DNA of 64,000 bases from Candidatus Eiseniibacteriota bacterium (GTDB lineage Bacteria > Eisenbacteria > RBG-16-71-46), in assembly GCA_963717935.1 (NCBI GenBank), contig CAVQXP010000004.1:1184001-1248000 (forward strand), in the 5' to 3' direction. The position numbers and the translations under genes are program-made. Below the pieces are notes generated by a model. The model worked only from the letters and a program-made list of their open reading frames with translations. It made no database searches and was not told the DNA's origin. Shown piece by piece: positions 11,748 to 20,374 of the stretch. Position 1 is the first letter of the stretch. Each line of letters begins with the position of its first letter.

Positions 11748-12566
11748 TCAGTCCAGTCCCAGCTCCTCGAGGTCGCCCTCGTCGAGGCCGAGCAGGTGCC
11801 CCACCTCGTGCAGCACGGTGGTGCGCACCTCGCGTGCCAGCTCCTCGCGATTCGTGCAGAACCGCAACAGATTGCGGCGGAAGAGGTAGATCGCCTCGGG
11901 CACGGCAGGCAGGTCGAGATGGCTGCGCTCGAGCAGGCTGCGTCCGACGAAGAGTCCGAGCAGATCGGGCGGCAGGGGCGGGTCCTCGGCCGTGAGGATC
12001 TCGCGCCGCGGCAGCTCGTCCACCAGGACCGGCACCTCGTCGAGCTTCCGGCGGAAGGCCTCGGGCAGCTCCTTCAGACCTTCCGCCACCAGCGCGTGAA
12101 ACTCCTGGTCGGGGATCTCGAGCGGCGGGGTGAAGGCCACCGGGTCGATGGCCCGGGCCTCGGCCGCATGCTTCAGCGCGTGCTGCGGCTGGCCGAGGTA
12201 CTCGTAGATGCGGGCCAGCAGCTCGTGTGCCTCGGCCAGGTCGGGGGTCACGGTCACGGCGCTCAGGGCGTCGTCGCGCGCCTGCTCGAAGCGCACCAGT
12301 TCGAAGCGGGCGACGGCGCGCAGGTAGAAGAACAACGCGGGGTCGGCCGAACGCTCGGCGCCCTCCAGAGTCGCGAGCGCTTGTTCGGGCTCGCCCTCGT
12401 CGAGACAGACGGCGGCCTCCACGATGCGCACGTCGGGATGGCCGGGGCGCGCGCGCAGGAGCGCGTCCACGGCTGCGCGGGCCTGCTCGACCTCGCCCTG
12501 GTCGAGCAGATCCCAGGCCTGGTTGACCTGCTCCCATTCGGTCTCGGACAGCGTGGCGTAGCTCAT
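11748..12566 (-). CDS. TPR-containing Zincin_1-type metallopeptidase
   Basis: N-terminal TPR-like helices; LLGLF.G, IYLFRRN, HEVGH. Confidence 0.8.
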   Translation of the reverse strand: MSYATLSETEWEQVNQAWDLLDQGEVEQARAAVDALLRARPGHPDVRIVEAAVCLDEGEPEQALATLEGAERSADPALFFYLRAVARFELVRFEQARDDALSAVTVTPDLAEAHELLARIYEYLGQPQHALKHAAEARAIDPVAFTPPLEIPDQEFHALVAEGLKELPEAFRRKLDEVPVLVDELPRREILTAEDPPLPPDLLGLFVGRSLLERSHLDLPAVPEAIYLFRRNLLRFCTNREELAREVRTTVLHEVGHLLGLDEGDLEELGLD

Positions 12567-12804
12567 CGCAAGGGGCCTCCGTGCGCGCAATCTAGCGCGC
12601 CCGGGCCGTATACGCTACCCGCGTCGATCGGCGGTCCCCTGGGTGGCCGGGTGGCCGGCGCCGGCGCTGGCGCACCATTCGTGCGGGCCGCGCCGCGCCC
12701 GCGCCCGGCCGTCCGGCTCGCCGCTCGCGTGCCCGCACGTCAACAGGATGTCAATCGGGCTCGCCGCGGTGGCGCATGGCGGCAGCACGACGCGGGCCAC
12801 ATCC

Positions 12805-12834
12805 TTGACGCCTGCGCGCGGCGGACCGTAGACT
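12805..12834 (+). promoter_or_regulatory. Sigma70-type promoter for the selenoprotein gene
   Basis: TTGACG-N18-TAGACT. Confidence 0.5.
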
Positions 12835-12906
12835 CAACATGAGTGATGTCTTCCGCTACGCCGCTGCAATGAATCCCACTTTGCCCGCGCCAGGAGACCC
12901 CGTCGC

Positions 12907-14324
12907 ATGAAGACCCTGCTGCCCCGGATTCTCGCCACCGCGCTGCTCGCGGCCATCACCTGGATGCTGCTGGCCGGCGCCAGCGCGCCCCGGGGGAATC
13001 CCCTCGAACCGGACAAGCTCGTCATCCTGTCCACGAACGACGTGAAGGGCAAGACCGATCCCTGTGGCTGACACACCCCCAAGGGGGGCTCGCCCGGCGG
13101 GCGGGCTTTGCGGACAGCATCAAGGCGGGCTATGGCCAGGTCGTGTGGGTGGACGCGGGCGGTTTCTTCCCCGAGGACGACCTGCACAAGGACGTCTCCT
13201 GGTTCCTGATGGACGCCATGCAGGTGATGGGCCTCGACGCGGTGGGGATGAGCGAGAAGGAACTGCGCTTCGGGCTGAGCTACCTGAAGGCGCAGCAGAA
13301 GCGCACGCAGCTGCCGATGGTGTGCGCCAACCTCTACGAGAAGAAGACCTCGAAGCTGCTGCTGGCGCCCTATGTGCTGAAGCAGGTGGGCACGGTCAAG
13401 GTGGGCATCTTCGGGGTCATGAGCAACGTCGTGGACCTGGGCCCGGCGCGGGACTCGCTGCGGGTCGAGGAGCCCTCGGCCGCGGCCAAGCGCACGGTCG
13501 CGGAGCTGCGCAAGAAGGGCGCGACGGTGGTGGTGCTGCTCTCGCAACTGGGCAAGGTCGAAGGCGAGGATCTGGTGACGGCGGTGGACGGCATCGACGC
13601 GGTGATCCTGGGCCACAGCGTGCCGCTGTTGCAGAAGGGGCGCCTGATCAAGACCACGGTGGCCTGCTACGGCGGGGAGCAGGGCCAGTACATCGGGCGC
13701 ACGCTGCTGACGCTCGATCCCCAGCGGAAGGTGACGAGCGGGGAGAACGAGACCTTCATTCTGGGGCCCGATATCGCGGACAAGAAGGAGATGGCTGCGC
13801 TGGTGAAGGGCTTCAACGACAGCTTCAACGAGAAGCTGCAGAAGCTGCAGAAGGAGAGGGCCGCGAAGGACGCCGAGAGGGCGGCGCAGGGCGTGCCCGA
13901 GCACTACCTGGGAGGCGAGATCTGCGCGCGCTGTCACGCAGCCGAGACGGCGCAGTGGAAGACCACGAAACACGCGCAAGCCTGGGAGACGCTGGTGGCG
14001 GCGAAGCAGGATACCGTCGCCCGCTGCATCGGCTGCCACGTGGTGGGCTTCCAGCAGCCCGGCGGGTTCAAGGACCAGGCGAGCAGCCGCAACCTGGCGG
14101 GCGTGCAGTGCGAGAGCTGCCACGGCATGGGCTCCATGCACGAGGCCTTCAACACCAAGCCGCGCGGGGTCACCGAGCGGGCCTGTCGTGTCTGCCACAC
14201 GAAGGAGATGAGCCCCGGGTTCGACTACGCCCTGTACCAGCCCCACATCAACCACAAGGGCACGGGGACGAAGCAACCGCTGCCCGGCTCGCCCATGAGG
14301 AACCTGTGGCCGACAGGCAAGTAG
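12907..14324 (+). CDS. Probable selenoprotein: exported UshA-like (metallophosphatase-fold) domain with CGU motif fused to a tetraheme cytochrome c; in-frame TGA 13069-13071 and a 1-nt deletion in the G-run 13083-13088
   Basis: SD AGGAG, ATG 12907, signal peptide, LVILSTNDVKGKTDPCG*HTPK; adding one G gives GGLARR..WVDAGG, continuous with ORF 13143-14324; four CxxCH (CARCH, CIGCH, CESCH, CRVCH). Confidence 0.8.
13085..13109 (+). promoter_or_regulatory. Candidate bacterial SECIS hairpin
   Basis: GCTCGCCC-GGC-GGGCGGGC stem-loop (extendable by G-U pairs); G-led apical loop about 25 nt after the UGA. Confidence 0.6.
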
Positions 14325-14340
14325 CGCCGGATCGGATGAA

Positions 14341-14381
14341 CGTCGCGGAGCGGGCCCTGCGGGCCCGCTCCGCGACGCTTT
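14341..14381 (+). terminator. Intrinsic terminator
   Basis: Perfect 17-bp stem CGTCGCGGAGCGGGCCC-tgc-GGGCCCGCTCCGCGACG, then CTTT. Confidence 0.7.
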
Positions 14382-14577
14382 CGGCCCCGCCGCATGGGCC
14401 GGAAGCCCCCGGAACGCAGAACGCAGGTTCGCCGCCGTGCCCTGATGGCCTTGCTTCGGGACTCCGGGGCAAGAGGCTCGACACCGTCCCGCGGACGGGC
14501 TCATCCGCCTGTGGGTGAGTGCCGGAGGTGCCTGGAGTCGTTGACCTGCCCTCGAGTGGATGCTCCAAGGCATTCAG

Positions 14578-14590
14578 TATCAATGAGTTG
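14578..14590. promoter_or_regulatory. IHF-like binding site
   Basis: TATCAATGAGTTG matches WATCAANNNNTTR in an AT-enriched patch. Confidence 0.4.
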
Positions 14591-14623
14591 AATCCGTGGA
14601 GCTGGGTCTGCCGGGGAAGATGG

Positions 14624-14652
14624 TTGACAAGCCCGTAGCCCCGCCCTAGGTT
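14624..14652 (+). promoter_or_regulatory. Sigma70-type promoter
   Basis: TTGACA-N17-TAGGTT. Confidence 0.6.
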
Positions 14653-14869
14653 CTCGGAGAATTCTGTCAGGCGCTCATGCCCCGACATGGAAGTGTTTCG
14701 CGCCTTCCGGACTGATGACACGCGACTTACGCGCAGGGACGCCGCGGATTTCGTCCCGTTCTTTCGACGTGGCAGTTCTTGAAGAAAGCGTTCTTGAGGA
14801 AATGATGGGCCGCTGCCGGACTTCTCATGTTCCGGCGCGGCGAGACCGAGAGGAGGTGAATTGGAAAGG

Positions 14870-15043
14870 ATGCGGAAGAATCTCGCTCTGGCGATGGTCG
14901 CCCTCTTGGCGCTGACCCTCGCGCTCGCCGCGGTCGGTTGTGCTCAGCAGAAGGCCGAGGAAATGACCCCGGCTCCGGTGGCTGACACTACCAGCATGAT
15001 GCAGGACACGACGATGGCGCCCGACACGATGGTCCAGCAGTAA
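14870..15043 (+). CDS. Small lipoprotein (57 aa; alternative TTG start 14861)
   Basis: SD AGGAGGTG at 14851; signal peptide with AVG-C lipobox; Met/Thr/Asp-rich tail. Confidence 0.75.
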   Translation: MRKNLALAMVALLALTLALAAVGCAQQKAEEMTPAPVADTTSMMQDTTMAPDTMVQQ

Positions 15044-15070
15044 CTGTAATCGTCATCTTGGTTGTCCAGT

Positions 15071-15104
15071 AGGAGGGGGGGATAGCAGTATCCTCCCCTC
15101 CTTA
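15071..15104 (+). terminator. Stem-loop after the small lipoprotein gene
   Basis: AGGAGGGGGGGATA-gcag-TATCCTCCCCTCCT 14-bp stem. Confidence 0.55.
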
Positions 15105-15227
15105 GTAGTCTCCGGGGGGAATCCGCATCCTGGGCCCTTTTCCTCACCCGGTCCGCATCCCGGCTGGACGCCTGGTCCCCGGTGTCCGCCAGCTGGTTCG
15201 CGAGCCCCCCGGCCTGGCATCCGCGCC

Positions 15228-15254
15228 GCAACCCGGCCGCGGCCCGCTGCGTAG
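15228..15254 (+). promoter_or_regulatory. Candidate ECF-sigma promoter
   Basis: GCAACC-N16-CGTAG just upstream of the DUF4097 operon. Confidence 0.4.
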
Positions 15255-15281
15255 ACGTGAGCAGACTAGGAGGGTCCGTCC

Positions 15282-16358
15282 GTGAAAGCCCATCGCCTGC
15301 TGCTCGCCGTCGCTGCCCTGGCGCTCCTGCCAGGCTCCCTGTTGGCCGAGGCCCCCACCCTGCGCGAGCAGAGCCAGCAGGTGGTCGAGGCGCGGGGCCT
15401 CACCGGCCTCCGGGTCGAGAACCCCCGTGGCCTGGTCCAGATCATCCCCAGCCGGGACGGGCGCATCCACCTGACCGCGCTCAAGCTCACGGCCAGCCGG
15501 ATGTCCTCGCGGGCCCGGGAATTCGCCCGCGGGACCCGGGTCGAGACCTCGACCGAGTCGGGCCGCTACGTGGTACGCGTTCGCTACCCGCAGCGGCAGA
15601 TGCTCAACGCCAGCCTCTCGCAGATCTTCCGGGGCGAGTTCGACCTGCCCCGCGTCGAGGTGCGGCTGTCCCTCGAGGTGCCGCCGCACCTGTCCGTCGA
15701 GCTCGAGACCGCCAGCGGCGATCTCCAGACCACCGGCCTCGCCGGGCCGCAGTCGCTCCAGACCACCAGCGGCGACATCGAGGTACGCGCCGCCACGGCG
15801 TTCCTCTCGGTCACGACCACGAGCGGGAACGTCATGGCCTCCGGGCTGGGGCGGGCGCGGGTGCGCAGCGTGAGCGGCGATGTCACGCTGGACGCCGCGC
15901 GTGGCCCGCTCGAGATCCGCACGACCAGCGGGGACATCAACTTGAGCGGCGTCACCGACAGCCTGGTCCTGTCCAGCGTGAGCGGGGACATCCAGGTGGA
16001 CCGGGCACCGCGCGGCCTGGACGCCGGCACCACCAGCGGTGGCATCGTCGTGGGCGGCATGGCCGGCGGCCTCGTGCGCCTGCACTCCACCTCGGGCGAC
16101 GTGCGCCTGGGGCTCGACCGTAACCTGCGCCGGGCCGACGTGAGCACGACCTCGGGCAGCATCACGGCGCGGCTGGCCGACGGGCTCGGCTGCAATCTCA
16201 CGCTCAAGAGCACGAACGGCACGCTCGATAGCTCCGTGCCCATGCAGATCCGCACCGTCTCTCGCCATGAGATGTCGGGTGTGGTGTCTGGCGGCGGTCC
16301 CCCCGTGGTCCTGCACAGCCTGTCGGGCGACATCGCCGTGACCGGCAGAGGGAGATGA
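15282..16358 (+). CDS. DUF4097 beta-strand repeat exported protein
   Basis: Signal peptide; repeated (T/S)xSGD(I/V) units. Confidence 0.85.
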   Translation: MKAHRLLLAVAALALLPGSLLAEAPTLREQSQQVVEARGLTGLRVENPRGLVQIIPSRDGRIHLTALKLTASRMSSRAREFARGTRVETSTESGRYVVRVRYPQRQMLNASLSQIFRGEFDLPRVEVRLSLEVPPHLSVELETASGDLQTTGLAGPQSLQTTSGDIEVRAATAFLSVTTTSGNVMASGLGRARVRSVSGDVTLDAARGPLEIRTTSGDINLSGVTDSLVLSSVSGDIQVDRAPRGLDAGTTSGGIVVGGMAGGLVRLHSTSGDVRLGLDRNLRRADVSTTSGSITARLADGLGCNLTLKSTNGTLDSSVPMQIRTVSRHEMSGVVSGGGPPVVLHSLSGDIAVTGRGR

Positions 16359-16360
16359 CC

Positions 16361-17749
16361 ATGCGAAGACTCGGAGTGTTGATCCTGGCTCTGGTCCTGG
16401 CCGTTCCCGTGCTCGGCCTGATCGTCCTCCTGCGCGGCGGGCCGGTCACGATGGCGAAGGCCGCGGTGGCCCTGCTCGAAGCGACGGGCCCCCGTCGGGC
16501 GGTGGCCCAGGTGACGACCCTGCCCTTCAAGTCCCTGCCGCCCGAGAGCGTCTCGGCGCTCGACCGCGAGCGCTCGTCGCGGCGGCGGACCCGCGTGAGC
16601 GTGGAGGTCGCGGAGCCCATCGTGGCGCCCGAGGTCCCGGAGCCACCGGCAGCGCCTGAGCGCGTGACGCGCATCGGCGACATGACGCGCGTGGGCAACG
16701 ACATCCACATCGAGCGCGACGAGGTCGTGCGCGGCGACGTCACCGCCATCAGAGGCGACATCACGGTGGACGGCACGGTGCATGGCGGGGTCGTGTCCTT
16801 CGGCGGCGACGTCTACCTGAACTCCACCGCCCGCGTGGACGGCGACGTCGTTTGCATCGGTGGCGAGTTGCGCGAGGAATCCGGGGCCTACGTGAGCGGG
16901 GAACGCGTGACCGCTCTTGGTGGGGGGAGCGGCGAGCGCATCGCGCGGCGCCTGCGCATCAGCCAGCCGGGCCACGGGCGCAACTGGGGCTGGGGCGGCC
17001 TGAAGCTCTTCGGTGAGCTCCTGCGGTTGCTGATCGCCATCGGCCTCACCGTGCTCGTCGCCTGGCTGTTCCAGGGCCGCATCGCGGTCGGGGCGGAGAC
17101 CCTGAAGCGCCAGCCGGCCCTGTCGCTGGGTGTCGGAGCGCTGGTCCACGCGCTGTTCATCCCCTCGATCGTCGCGCTGGCCCTGGTCATGGCCCTGCTG
17201 TGCATCACCATCGTGGGGATTCCGCTCGCGCTCGCGGCGCTGGTTGGCTACCTTCTGTTCTTCGTGGTCTTCTGGGTCTTCGGTCTCGTGGTCGGGGCCG
17301 CGGTCGTCGGCGAACGGATCGCCGCCAAACGGGGCGTCGCCGCGATGCCGTTGTGGCAGTCGGCCATGCTCGGCGTGCTCGTGGTGGTGGGTGCGGGCTT
17401 CGTGGGCAATGTCCTCGCGGTCATGGGCGTGCCCGGCTTCGGTGGCCTCGGCAGGCTGGTCGTCGCTCTCGCCGCGATCGCGAGCGTCGTCCTGGGCGTG
17501 ATGGGTGGAGGCGCATGGCTCAAGTGGGAATTCACCGAAGGCGTGTTCGGACGGTGGCGGGGGCGCTGGGAGGGCCGCAACGCCGCGCGCGTTCCGCCCG
17601 CTCCCTACGGTCCGCCGCCGGCATCGCCGTACGGTCCTCCTGCGGCTGCGGCTCCGCCCATGCCGCCGCCCGTGGCTCCTGCTTCCCCCGGGACCTACAT
17701 GCCTCCCGGCCCGGAACCGCCGCCGTCCGAGCCCACGCCGGGCGCCTGA
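16361..17749 (+). CDS. Membrane protein with a bactofilin-like (polymer-forming) beta-helix and Pro-rich tail
   Basis: GDV..GG repeats, several TM helices, proline-rich C-terminus. Confidence 0.7.
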   Translation: MRRLGVLILALVLAVPVLGLIVLLRGGPVTMAKAAVALLEATGPRRAVAQVTTLPFKSLPPESVSALDRERSSRRRTRVSVEVAEPIVAPEVPEPPAAPERVTRIGDMTRVGNDIHIERDEVVRGDVTAIRGDITVDGTVHGGVVSFGGDVYLNSTARVDGDVVCIGGELREESGAYVSGERVTALGGGSGERIARRLRISQPGHGRNWGWGGLKLFGELLRLLIAIGLTVLVAWLFQGRIAVGAETLKRQPALSLGVGALVHALFIPSIVALALVMALLCITIVGIPLALAALVGYLLFFVVFWVFGLVVGAAVVGERIAAKRGVAAMPLWQSAMLGVLVVVGAGFVGNVLAVMGVPGFGGLGRLVVALAAIASVVLGVMGGGAWLKWEFTEGVFGRWRGRWEGRNAARVPPAPYGPPPASPYGPPAAAAPPMPPPVAPASPGTYMPPGPEPPPSEPTPGA

Positions 17750-17825
17750 GCCAGGTCCAGCACGCGCGCGTCACCCGGGGGGCCAGCTCCTCCCGGGTGA
17801 CGCGCCGTCATGAGGAGGCTGCGCT

Positions 17826-18353
17826 CTGAGTCCCGCGTCGCTCTGGGTTCTCTGCCTGCTGCTCTTCGTGGACGGGGCCACCTTCTCCTTCGCCACGACG
17901 CCGCTGCTGCTGCAGTACGCGAAGTACCACGAGCCCTGGCTGGTGGCGCTGGCCGGGGGCGTGTCGAGCGGGCTCGGGAGCGCCGTCCAGTTCCTGCTCC
18001 TGCGCTGGGCGCTCGGCGCGCGTCAACCGTGGATGAAGCGCTTCGCTCCCAGCCGCGAGCGGCTCGAGGGCGCGCTCCGGCGCTTCCCGTCGGCTTCCTT
18101 CGCGACCATCGCCCTGGCCCGCGCCACGCCGCTGCCCGACGCGCCCATCAAGCTGGTGGCGGCCGCGGTGGGCTACCCGGTGCCGTTGTACTTCCTGGCG
18201 GTCCTGCTGGGCGCGCTGCCGTACTACTTCGCCATCGCGCTCCTGGGGCGCCTGGTGAAGATCCCCACCTGGATGCTGATCGCGGCCGTCGCGGTGATCG
18301 CGTTCTTCGTGGCCCTGGATCACCTGCGCCGGCGCGTGCGCGGGAACCCGTGA
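17826..18353 (+). CDS. VTT/DedA (SNARE-associated) membrane protein; start uncertain
   Basis: RATPLPDAPIKL..A..GYP motif; frame open back to CTG 17826 behind SD GAGGAGG. Confidence 0.7.
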   Translation: MSPASLWVLCLLLFVDGATFSFATTPLLLQYAKYHEPWLVALAGGVSSGLGSAVQFLLLRWALGARQPWMKRFAPSRERLEGALRRFPSASFATIALARATPLPDAPIKLVAAAVGYPVPLYFLAVLLGALPYYFAIALLGRLVKIPTWMLIAAVAVIAFFVALDHLRRRVRGNP

Positions 18354-20374
18354 AGCGCGTCCGCCGCCCGGCCCGGTCGCCGCGCCGTCCCGTCGCCGCG
18401 GGCGCGGTCGCCGCGGCGGTCGGCGTGGATACCGGCGGCACGTTCACCGACTTCGTCGCCCTGAGCGGCGGGCGGCTGGTCGCGCTCAAGCTGCCCTCGA
18501 CCCCGCGCGCCCCGGAGCGGGCCGTGCTCGAGGGGCTCGCGTGCCTGGGCACGGTCGCCACCACCCGGGTGCGCCACGGCTCGACCGTGGCGACCAACAC
18601 GCTGCTCGAGCGCAAGGGCGCGCGGGTCGCGCTCGCCACCACGGCGGGCTTCGAGGACCTGCTCGAGATCGGCCGCCAGGACCGTCCCGACCTCTACGCG
18701 CTGCGTCCCCGGCGGGTCGAGCCGCTGGTGCCCGCCGCGCGGCGGGTCGGCGTGCGCGAGCGGCTCGGGCCCGGCGGCGCGGTGCTGCGCCCGCTGGCGC
18801 CGGCCGAGGCGAAGCGCGCCGCCCGCGCGCTCGCGCGCGCGCGGCCCGAGGCGGTGGCCGTGGGCTTCCTGCACGCCTACGCCGACCCGCGCCACGAGCG
18901 CCGGCTCGAGCGCGCGCTGGCGCCGCTCGGGCTCCCGGTGACGCTCTCCTCGTCGCTCTGCCCCGAGGTGCGGGAGTACGAGCGGCTCGCCACCGCGGTC
19001 ACGAACGCCTACCTCATGCCGCGCATCGCGGCCTACCTCGGCGGCCTGGCGCGCGGCACGCCGGCCCGTCTCGAGATCGTGCTCTCGCACGGCGGCACCG
19101 CGCCGCCCGCCATCGCCGCGCGCGAGCCCGTGCGCCAGCTGCTCTCGGGCCCGGCCGCCGGGCTGGCCGCCGCCTGGCAGGTGGCGCGTGCCTGCGGCTT
19201 CGAGCGGGCGCTCACGCTGGACGTGGGCGGCACCTCGACCGACTGCGCCTACGTCGCGGGCGTCCTGCCGCGCCGGCGTGCCCGCGAGCTGGCCGGCTTC
19301 CCCTTGTCGTTGCCCGTGCTCGACGTGCACACCGTGGGCGCGGGCGGCGGCTCCATCGCGCGGGTGGACGCGGGCGGGCTGCTCCACGTCGGGCCCGAGA
19401 GCGCCGGCGCCGACCCGGGCCCGGCCTGCTACGGGCACGGCGGGCCCGCCACCGTCACCGATGCGCTGGTCGTGCTCGGGCGCATCCCGGGCGAGCGGCT
19501 CGCGGGCAGCGGCCTGGCCCTCGACCGGGCCGCGGCGGCTCGCTCGCTCGCGGGGCTCGCGCGCGCGCTGGGCCGGCGCGACGCGGTCGAGGCGGCCGAG
19601 GGCGTGCTGGCCGTGGCGGACGCGCGCATGGAGGCGGCGCTGCGCCGGGTCTCGGTGGAACAGGCGCACGACCCGCGGGGCGCGGCGCTGGTCGCCTTCG
19701 GTGGCGCAGGTGGGCTTCACGCCTGTGCGCTGGCCGAGGCGCTGGGCGCGGCTGCCGTGCTCTTCCCGGTGCACGCGGGCGTGCTCTCGGCGCTCGGTGC
19801 CCTGGCCGGCGGCTCGCGCCGGGAACGCAGCCGCTCGGTGCTGGCGGACGCCCGCGAGGCGCCGGCGCTGGAGCGTGCCTGGCGCGCGCTCGAGCGCGGG
19901 GTGCGCTCCGACTTCGCGTCCGCCGAGCGGCGCGGGCTGGCGCTCGAGCGCTGGGCCGAGGTGCGCTACCAGGGCCAGTCGCACGAGGTGCCGCTGGCCG
20001 GCGGGCCGGATCTGGTCGAGCGCTTCCACCGCGAGCACGAGCGGCGCTACGGCTTCAGCGATCCGGCGCGCGCGGTCGAGGTGGTGACGCTGGAGGTGCG
20101 CGGGGCGACGCCCGACGCCTGGGGTCTCGTCGCGCGGCTGCGCGCCGGCGCGGCGCAGGTGGCGGCGCCGCGGCCCGAGTCGGCGCGGGTGCGCACGAAC
20201 GGGCGCTGGCTCGAGGCGCGGGTCTGGCCGCGGCCGGCGCTTCCCCGCGACGCGATCGTGCGCGGCCCCGCCGTCGTCGCCGACGCGGGCGCGACGCTGT
20301 GGGTGGCGCCGGGCTGGAGCGCCCGCGCGCACGCGGGCGGCACGGTGGTGCTCACGCGCGGGGGCGCGCGATGA
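18350..20374 (+). CDS. Hydantoinase/oxoprolinase subunit A
   Basis: GVDTGGTFTD, HGSTVATN, LLSGPAAG, DVGGTSTD, GAGGGS, PGPACYG. Confidence 0.92.
   Translation: MKRVRRPARSPRRPVAAGAVAAAVGVDTGGTFTDFVALSGGRLVALKLPSTPRAPERAVLEGLACLGTVATTRVRHGSTVATNTLLERKGARVALATTAGFEDLLEIGRQDRPDLYALRPRRVEPLVPAARRVGVRERLGPGGAVLRPLAPAEAKRAARALARARPEAVAVGFLHAYADPRHERRLERALAPLGLPVTLSSSLCPEVREYERLATAVTNAYLMPRIAAYLGGLARGTPARLEIVLSHGGTAPPAIAAREPVRQLLSGPAAGLAAAWQVARACGFERALTLDVGGTSTDCAYVAGVLPRRRARELAGFPLSLPVLDVHTVGAGGGSIARVDAGGLLHVGPESAGADPGPACYGHGGPATVTDALVVLGRIPGERLAGSGLALDRAAAARSLAGLARALGRRDAVEAAEGVLAVADARMEAALRRVSVEQAHDPRGAALVAFGGAGGLHACALAEALGAAAVLFPVHAGVLSALGALAGGSRRERSRSVLADAREAPALERAWRALERGVRSDFASAERRGLALERWAEVRYQGQSHEVPLAGGPDLVERFHREHERRYGFSDPARAVEVVTLEVRGATPDAWGLVARLRAGAAQVAAPRPESARVRTNGRWLEARVWPRPALPRDAIVRGPAVVADAGATLWVAPGWSARAHAGGTVVLTRGGAR

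Noticed and set aside
12839..12910. 23-codon uORF overlapping the selenoprotein start
   Set aside because: ATG is only 4 nt after the predicted -10 element, with no SD or motif; likely chance.
14770..14790. Sigma54 promoter (TGGCA...)
   Set aside because: No GC at the required -12 spacing.
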